From the NCBI GenBank assembly GCA_014240285.1, contig JAAZXI010000001.1, positions 15,593 to 79,592 of the forward strand: 64,000 bases of DNA, written 5' to 3'. The translations under genes were made by a program, and so were the position numbers. Below are positions 57,937 to 64,000 of the stretch, in pieces. The stretch comes from Methanobacteriota archaeon (GTDB lineage Archaea; Thermoplasmatota; Poseidoniia; Poseidoniales; Thalassarchaeaceae). Every line of letters starts with the position of its first letter. Within the stretch, counting starts at the first letter, position 1. A model generated the notes under the pieces. The model was not told the origin of the DNA. It saw nothing but the letters and a program-made list of their open reading frames with translations, and did no database searches.

Positions 57937-58524
57937 ATGGCGTCAACCAGCGTGGACGAAGCGAGATCGAGACTGGTCGACAGGGTCCGTGACTTGGCTT
58001 ATCTTCACTCTCCTGACGAACCATTCACACTCGCTAGCGGCCGTCAAAGCACTCACTTCTTCGACATGAAGCCGGTGATGATGGACCCTGACTGTGCCCA
58101 CCTGCTTGGCGTGCTCATCCACGCTGAGATTGAAGACATTGGCGCCGTGGACGCGGTCGGTGGCCTCGAGCTCGGCGCAATCCCCCTCACTGGGATCGCT
58201 ATTGCCAAGGCAGGCAGAGGATCTAGCCTGCGCGGCTTCCTCGTGCGTAAGGAGCCCAAGGGCCGCGGTGGCCGTAAGACCGGAAATCCCCCTGGTATCG
58301 AAGGATCGAGCCTTGCTGCTGGTGACAGAGTAGTGCTTCTTGAGGACGTTACTACAACAGGAGGCTCTGCTTTACAGGCCGCAGCCCGACTCAGCGAGAT
58401 GGGCTGCGAAGTCGCCGCATGTATCACTATCCTAGATCGCGAAGAGGGTGGGGCGCAAGCGTTCGCCGAGGCTGGAATAAATCTCCGACCCTTGATTCTG
58501 AAATCAGATGTCGCAGGTGGGTGA
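57937..58524 (+). CDS. pyrE: orotate phosphoribosyltransferase
   Basis: FTLASG.S..FFD, VRKEPK, LLEDVTTTGGS, DREEG. Confidence 0.95.
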   Translation: MASTSVDEARSRLVDRVRDLAYLHSPDEPFTLASGRQSTHFFDMKPVMMDPDCAHLLGVLIHAEIEDIGAVDAVGGLELGAIPLTGIAIAKAGRGSSLRGFLVRKEPKGRGGRKTGNPPGIEGSSLAAGDRVVLLEDVTTTGGSALQAAARLSEMGCEVAACITILDREEGGAQAFAEAGINLRPLILKSDVAGG

Positions 58525-58920
58525 ATGAGCCAGCATATCATCGACTCGAGCGAGCCCTACCATCCTGAGAAGCTCGACAAGAAGGAGTATGTGGGCGCAG
58601 CGGCCTACTTCGAGCTCGACATGCGTGCAGGCGTGGTTCTCGAGGTCGAGGAGTTCCCTGAGATGCGTAAGCCCTCATACAAGATACACGTCAACTTCGG
58701 TCCTGTCATTGGCAGACTGTGGAGTTCTGCACAAATCACCAACTACTCGCGCGCCCAGTTGATTGGCCGCACTGTGGTAGGCGCAGTCAACCTCGGTGAC
58801 AAGACCCTGCCCACGGGATTCATCTCTCAGTTCCTCGTCCTCGGAGCACTCGACCCCGATGGCACGGTTCGCCTGCTTGAGTTGCCCGACGGAGTTCTCC
58901 CCGGCTCCATGGTCGCCTGA
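58525..58920 (+). CDS. csaA: CsaA/Trbp111-like tRNA-binding OB-fold protein
   Basis: LDMRAG, FPE.RKPSYK, SSAQIT.Y, VN, SQFLVLG. Confidence 0.85.
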   Translation: MSQHIIDSSEPYHPEKLDKKEYVGAAAYFELDMRAGVVLEVEEFPEMRKPSYKIHVNFGPVIGRLWSSAQITNYSRAQLIGRTVVGAVNLGDKTLPTGFISQFLVLGALDPDGTVRLLELPDGVLPGSMVA

Positions 58921-60096
58921 TTACTCCCTCTTGTGCATGTAGCAGTAACCGGACTTACGGTATACCATCCTGCGGCACCTTTTGACATCGCCAATGTGCA
59001 GGCAGTGGGTCTGTGATTTCAGGAAATCTTCCATCTGGGAACTCTTTGAATCGGTATCCTCGACCTTCTCGGTGAAAGCATCGACAACATCCAAAGGCTC
59101 CTCCAATTTCACTCCCTTTTTTTCGGCATGGGTTGTAGATGGAGTGGCGAACTGAAGGGCCCCCATCTCTTTCTTACATTCCTTGCAGACTAGCAAATCC
59201 TCCTTCTCATCTTCGTCGCCGAAAATCAATTCCGCCCCCAGAGCCGCTGGGACGAACCCCGCCTCTCCTGCAGCCCCCTCTGTGACGATAAGGAGGCCAA
59301 TGCCAAGCACTCCTCCTGCCACCACCAATGCCCCACCGCCTAGAGTTTTCACGTATGTCTCGACCGGATCGTCTCCCACGGACCTGCAGGTGGTGCAGAT
59401 GGGGGCCTCACAACCAGCTCTCTGGCAAGTCCAACCAATCGTTTTGTTGAGGCCGCATCGGCTGCAGGCACCTCCCTCAAGACCAGTCTCCGGGGCGGTG
59501 GTAAGGGCGAGAATGCCCCCTCCTATTGCCAATAGTAAGCCTAGGGCCAAGCTACAGAAATTCCCACTCACAGCCCAACCAAGACCGATGAGAAGGATTA
59601 GTGCTCCCGCCCCCCTCCTCATCGTCACCGGCGTGCTTTCGGGGTTTACATGGGCCTCCATCTTCATGGCATTTTCCTTCATCTGCACCCGTCGGAGTTT
59701 CGGCTTGATGCCGTTCAAGGTGTCTAGCTCACCTGCGTCAAACCAGATTGTGGCGCAGTCCCCACAGATGTCTATCTTCACGTCGGGCTCGCTCGCCCGG
59801 TCTTCTGATCCGAATGGTTTGGGTACCGCTATTTCCAACATCATAGAGGGACAAACCGGGCAACTGTGCCCTTCTGGGTGCTTTACTCCCGTGTCCTCTA
59901 TTTTCTCCCGTACTTCGTCTGGGACGACCCCGTGCATCGTCTTGGCCTGTACTGCGAGACCCCAGCATTTGGTGCATACTAACAGATCTACACCATCTAC
60001 TCCCTCGGCTGACTCCACTCTCAGTTTCTTCGAGCACTGGGGGCAGTCGTAGTCACTAGTTGCACTCACATTGGACCAGTTGCGAACCCCCATCAT
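58921..60096 (-). CDS. multi-zinc-finger membrane protein (zf-TFIIB-like N-terminus)
   Basis: CPQC/CTKC, CPVC/CGDC..WFDAGEL, TM segments, CSRC..C....C..ICTTC, CKEC, C-terminal C-x7-C-x9-C-x2-H; start codon uncertain. Confidence 0.75.
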   Translation of the reverse strand: MMGVRNWSNVSATSDYDCPQCSKKLRVESAEGVDGVDLLVCTKCWGLAVQAKTMHGVVPDEVREKIEDTGVKHPEGHSCPVCPSMMLEIAVPKPFGSEDRASEPDVKIDICGDCATIWFDAGELDTLNGIKPKLRRVQMKENAMKMEAHVNPESTPVTMRRGAGALILLIGLGWAVSGNFCSLALGLLLAIGGGILALTTAPETGLEGGACSRCGLNKTIGWTCQRAGCEAPICTTCRSVGDDPVETYVKTLGGGALVVAGGVLGIGLLIVTEGAAGEAGFVPAALGAELIFGDEDEKEDLLVCKECKKEMGALQFATPSTTHAEKKGVKLEEPLDVVDAFTEKVEDTDSKSSQMEDFLKSQTHCLHIGDVKRCRRMVYRKSGYCYMHKRE

Positions 60097-60149
60097 TAGG
60101 CTTAGGGCGGCACACATATGCTCTTGTGCCTGTGAGCGCTCCCAACTGC

Positions 60150-60635
60150 ATGCCTACTGTAGTCAAGATGACAACCAGCGCTGGAGAGATAATGATTGGA
60201 CTGTACACCGAGGACTGCCCTGAGACCACGGGGAACTTCCTCAAGCTCGTCGATGATGGGTTCTACAACGGCCTGCACTTCCACCGCGTAATCAAGGATT
60301 TCATGATTCAAGGAGGGTGCCCTCACTCAAGGGATGCTAACAACGGCCGAGCCGGTACGGGTAGCCCTGGGTGGAAGATTGACTGTGAGCCATCAGCATT
60401 AGCCAAGAGTCATGACAGACCCGGGCTGTTCTCTATGGCGAACGCGGGCCCGAACACGGGTGGATCCCAGTTCTTCCTCACCACCGTGCCCACACCTTGG
60501 CTCGACGGCAACCATGCGGTGTTCGGAGAGGTCATCGAGGGCATGGAGAACGTGTACAGGATAGAGAATTGCGACACCAAACCCGGTGACAGGCCCCACG
60601 ACCCCCAGAAGATAATCAATGTAGAGCGGATATGA
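60150..60635 (+). CDS. cyclophilin-type peptidyl-prolyl isomerase
   Basis: FHRVIKDFMIQGG, SMANAGPNTGGSQFF, WLDGNHAVFG. Confidence 0.96.
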   Translation: MPTVVKMTTSAGEIMIGLYTEDCPETTGNFLKLVDDGFYNGLHFHRVIKDFMIQGGCPHSRDANNGRAGTGSPGWKIDCEPSALAKSHDRPGLFSMANAGPNTGGSQFFLTTVPTPWLDGNHAVFGEVIEGMENVYRIENCDTKPGDRPHDPQKIINVERI

Positions 60636-60726
60636 GATCGCTAATTGATTTCTGCTACCAAACAATACGTTGCATTGCGGCTATATAGTCTGAGTTTATT
60701 AATAACCAATTAACGCGATGCGAAAT

Positions 60727-62328
60727 ATGGCCAAACATCGCGCTGGGGATCGCAGAATAGTCAGTATAAGCATACCAGAAGACCTCGCTAAGAGGCTCGA
60801 TCGCAGAGTAGGCAAGGGCCGAGAGAAGGGCCGTTCCGCAACCATCTCCAGAATGATACAGGACTCGATTGATTCGGAGTCTGAGGAGCGCACGGGACAG
60901 CCAGCAGCAGCAGCTCGTAGCGCTAGGGCGAAACCCGATGCCATCAGGATAGAGAAGGACACGATGGGAGAGGTCGAGGTCCCAGCAGACAGGTATTACG
61001 GGGCTCAGACTGCACGATCCCTAGTCAACTTCGACATCGGGAATGACATCATGCCCCGTTCGGTCGTCCGCGCTTTCGGTGTTCTCAAGCAGGCCGCGGC
61101 CCAGACCAACGTCGATCTTGGCCAGATGGACCCCAACATCGGCTCGTTGATCTCAGCGGCCTGTGACGAGGTCGTCTCTGGCTCTCTTGACGAGCACTTC
61201 CCTCTGAGAATCTGGCAGACAGGCTCGGGCACTCAGACCAACATGAACGCGAATGAGGTGATAGCTAACCGAGCGATAGAAATCTCTGGAGGTGCCGTGG
61301 GCAGCAAGACCCCAGTGCACCCGAATGACCATGTCAACCGGGCCCAGTCGAGCAATGACACCTTCCCAACGGCTATGCACATCGCTGCAGCCGAGGAAAC
61401 ACAACATCGATTGTTGCCCGCAGTACGTCATTTACGAGGTAATCTGGCAAACAAGGCACGGGACTTCAAGAGTACGGTGAAGATTGGTAGGACCCACCTG
61501 ATGGATGCAGTCCCCCTGACCCTAGGGCAGGAGTTCAGCGGGTATGTCTCGATGCTCGACGCCGACATCACACGCATTGAGAGTGCCATGGGAGATTTGC
61601 TTGAACTGGCATTAGGAGGGACCGCCGTCGGGACCGGTCTAAACACACATCCCGAGTTCGCTGACACAGTAGCGGCACACATTGCGGACAACACTGGGAT
61701 GTCTTTTGTCAGTGCTGACAACAAGTTTGCACAGTTGGCAGGTCACGATGCGCTGGTAGCCGCCTCGGGAGCGCTGAACACACTTGCAGCTTCTCTGATG
61801 AAGATAGCCAATGACATCAGATGGCTCGGTTCAGGTCCGAGATGCGGCTTTGGGGAACTCTCACTTCCTGCTAACGAGCCTGGATCAAGCATAATGCCAG
61901 GCAAGGTCAATCCCACTCAGGCAGAGGCGATGACGATGGTCTGCTGCCAGGTTATGGGCAACCACACCGCTATCTCAGTCGGAGGCAGTCAGGGCAATTT
62001 TGAACTCAATGTGTACAAACCGATGATAATTCACAACTTCCTGCACAGTGTGCGCCTGCTTTCGGACACCTGTCGCTCGTTCACGGACAAATGCGTGGTA
62101 GGGCTAGAGGCTAACGAGGACAGAATTGCAACTCATCTAGAGAATTCACTCATGCTGGTAACTGCACTCAATCCTCACATCGGCTATGACAACGCCGCGA
62201 AGATAGCCAAGAATGCACACTCAAAAGGAACCACACTCAGGGAGAGCGCGCTCGAACTCAATCTACTGACAGATGAGCAATTCACCAAGTGGGTCAAGGC
62301 CGAGGACATGATTGGACCACGAGACTGA
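60727..62328 (+). CDS. fumC: class II fumarate hydratase with fused N-terminal ribbon-helix-helix domain
   Basis: [47 protein letters not shown]; about 70 extra N-terminal aa. Confidence 0.96.
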   Translation: MAKHRAGDRRIVSISIPEDLAKRLDRRVGKGREKGRSATISRMIQDSIDSESEERTGQPAAAARSARAKPDAIRIEKDTMGEVEVPADRYYGAQTARSLVNFDIGNDIMPRSVVRAFGVLKQAAAQTNVDLGQMDPNIGSLISAACDEVVSGSLDEHFPLRIWQTGSGTQTNMNANEVIANRAIEISGGAVGSKTPVHPNDHVNRAQSSNDTFPTAMHIAAAEETQHRLLPAVRHLRGNLANKARDFKSTVKIGRTHLMDAVPLTLGQEFSGYVSMLDADITRIESAMGDLLELALGGTAVGTGLNTHPEFADTVAAHIADNTGMSFVSADNKFAQLAGHDALVAASGALNTLAASLMKIANDIRWLGSGPRCGFGELSLPANEPGSSIMPGKVNPTQAEAMTMVCCQVMGNHTAISVGGSQGNFELNVYKPMIIHNFLHSVRLLSDTCRSFTDKCVVGLEANEDRIATHLENSLMLVTALNPHIGYDNAAKIAKNAHSKGTTLRESALELNLLTDEQFTKWVKAEDMIGPRD

Positions 62329-62409
62329 AGGAACTGGAAACCCCTAATCGATTATTCAGGAGCGAAACGCTCCGCAAACATTGCAATAAAATCTTGAGGG
62401 CCGATTACA

Positions 62410-63173
62410 GGTGGGAGCAGGCAGGAGAGGTTCCGCACATGGGGGAGCTTCCCCCCTCCTGTTCTACTCCGCAGGGTCCGGATGTCCCCCGGGCCTCTCG
62501 GCCCGAGTTTCTCCGGGTAGACTCCTCCGGGACCTCTAGTGCCCCTTTGTCGCGTTCCGTTTCCTTCCCCTTCCTTGCGTCCAGTTCTCTCCACTTCACT
62601 CATCTTCTCTCTCTAGGGGCGTTTCCCCCCCCTTCGCGTTCTCCGTTTCCTTCCCTTTCCTTCCCCTTCCTTGCGTCCAGTTCTCTCCAGTTCTCTCCAC
62701 GTTCCGATACAGCTTCCTCCACGGATCTCTCCGCCCTTGTCCACTCGTGTTTCCCTCTGCTTCCTTCCCGTTCCTTCCCCTTCCTTGCGTCCGGTTCCCG
62801 TCGGTCTTTCCACTTCGTTCCTCACACCGCTTCCAGGTTCGTTCTCCTCCCCTTTCCACGCATATCTCCTCGGGATAGTACTCTGCCTCGGTTGCGTTTT
62901 CCCCGTTGCCGGTTCGGTTGCGTTTTCCTCAGCTTCCTCCTCCGTTTCCTCCAGTTTCCTTCCCCTTCCTTCCCCTTCCTTTCGTCCAGTTCTCTCCAGT
63001 TCTCTCCACTCTCGTCCTCTTCGGTTCTCCCGTCGTCTTCCCGCCCATATGGCGTTCCGACTCTTCCCCGATCTCCTTCCGAATCTCGGGTTCCGCCGCC
63101 GCTCTCTCGCGGCTCGGTTTCTGTGGCCCGCGGGTCGCGCCGAGGCGCCCCCACACCACTCCAGAGAAGCGGC
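62410..63173 (-). ncRNA. candidate large purine-rich repeat-containing ncRNA
   Basis: No credible ORF; upstream AAAGG-TTTATGTA promoter; strand-specific G-U hairpin at the predicted start; GAGA-tetraloop hairpin; four repeat copies; U-rich tract downstream. Confidence 0.5.
62561..63009. repeat. four dispersed copies of TTCCTTCCCCTTCCTTGCGTCCAGTTCTCTCCA in a polypyrimidine tract
   Basis: Copies begin at 62561, 62657, 62771 (partial) and 62966; CGGTTGCGTTTTCC also occurs at 62889 and 62915. Confidence 0.9.
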
Positions 63174-63196
63174 AAAGTTGACAGGGACGGGGACGC

Positions 63197-63211
63197 TACA
63201 TAAACCTTTCT
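63197..63211 (-). promoter_or_regulatory. BRE/TATA-like archaeal promoter
   Basis: Minus strand reads AGAAAGG-TTTATGTA, with the TATA start about 31 nt before G63173. Confidence 0.55.
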
Positions 63212-63270
63212 TGAATACAGCCGCAGTCTACTGGAAATAAGGGTCTGGAACAGTTATTTTCCACTGCACC

Positions 63271-63999
63271 TCATGCCTCTCTGAGTTTCCTAAGACGACC
63301 CATCAATCGGCTTCTGCGCTCATCATCCCTGCCCCCATCATCATCTTCCAAGCGCCTAGATAGAACTCTTCCTTCGACTAGGTGGATTCGCCCGCCGGAG
63401 TCTCCCAGAGCGATGTTGCTGCCCGCTGAATCAATGTGCCTGATTCGATGAGCATGCTCAAGCTCTAGAATAGTGCTACCATCCTTAGCGTCTAGGACGA
63501 CGATGCTGGAATCCCCATCGTTCCACCTGGAGGTCCAAATCCCGATGCCTTCGGAATCGGTGGGCCCCAGTGCTAACGATTCCACGGCGCCTAACGCTGA
63601 GACGCCCCAGCCGTGACTTGAGAAGACTTCACCTGAGGCGTGTCCCGAGAACCAGTCGTGTTTGGAGTTGCATATCGCTCGCACTTGAGAAGACCTCTCT
63701 TCACCCGCTGATGCATCAGATCCACTCAATATGCTGACACTGCCATCGGAGTGCCCGATTAGGAACCGTCCATCAGACCCACACACTCCAACAGTCACAG
63801 GACTACTCCCCTCTAGGGTGTGGTGTACTGACTTCTCTCCACTGCGAATCCGGAGGAAACCGCATCGCGGCCTGCCCAGCCCAAGTAACACCCCTCCATC
63901 ATCGTGCAGACCGAAGTGCCATGCGCGCTCGGGGAAGGACCATCGTTGCTGAAGTGAACCTTCGGAGTCGAACATCCATACGGTCGACTCAACATAGTC
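63271..63999 (-). CDS. WD40-like beta-propeller protein, 5' end outside window
   Basis: Repeating beta blades (LIGHSDGSVSIL, IALGDSGGRIHLV); the frame stays open to the window edge. Confidence 0.7.
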   Translation of the reverse strand, partial: DYVESTVWMFDSEGSLQQRWSFPERAWHFGLHDDGGVLLGLGRPRCGFLRIRSGEKSVHHTLEGSSPVTVGVCGSDGRFLIGHSDGSVSILSGSDASAGEERSSQVRAICNSKHDWFSGHASGEVFSSHGWGVSALGAVESLALGPTDSEGIGIWTSRWNDGDSSIVVLDAKDGSTILELEHAHRIRHIDSAGSNIALGDSGGRIHLVEGRVLSRRLEDDDGGRDDERRSRLMGRLRKLREA

Positions 64000-64000
64000 G

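Noticed and set aside
62561-63009. CRISPR array interpretation of the ~34-nt repeats
   Set aside because: Spacing is irregular (96, 114, 195), the intervening sequence is itself low-complexity polypyrimidine, and no cas genes are present in the window.
62440-63130. Resemblance to RNase P RNA (GCCACAGAAA, GGCGGAAC, GGAAGCUCCCCC, AACAGGAGGGGG on the minus strand)
   Set aside because: The conserved regions are not in canonical order, the CR-I-like and CR-V-like words form a local hairpin, and about 500 nt of repeats intervene. Not called, though an Infernal search would settle it.
62289-63240. ORFs of 70-304 aa on both strands over the polypyrimidine tract
   Set aside because: The S/F/P/L-rich or G/E/R/K-rich translations simply reflect the base skew that suppresses stop codons; frames are open in several phases and none has a protein-like motif.

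Overview
This is a gene-dense archaeal chromosome segment. The evidence is PolD DP2, PriL, archaeal-type DnaG, thermosome, Pcc1, phosphopantothenate synthetase and Nre, together with bacterial-type metK/purH/purN/RNase HI and many secreted or membrane proteins. That mix best fits Marine Group II Euryarchaeota (Poseidoniales); this assignment is inference. The window holds about 65 CDS and three intron-less tRNAs with encoded CCA (Ala-CGC, Leu-GAG, Cys-GCA). I found no transposase, integrase, prophage or CRISPR array. The most striking unexplained element is about 760 nt of non-coding DNA at 62410-63173. On the minus strand it has a BRE/TATA promoter, a G-U-containing hairpin exactly at the predicted start, structured ends, and a purine-rich core with four copies of a ~34-nt GGA-rich repeat, so it is a candidate large protein-sponge or scaffold ncRNA. 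It converges on a fumarase fused to an N-terminal ribbon-helix-helix DNA-binding domain. Other points of interest: a degenerate TATA element (TT[C/G]A[A/T]) 28-31 nt before many start codons, a structured dnaG leader, an orphan DNA methyltransferase-like protein with RPPW in place of NPPY, a modified-amino-acid catabolism neighbourhood, a speD/DHS-like polyamine operon and a sulfotransferase cluster.
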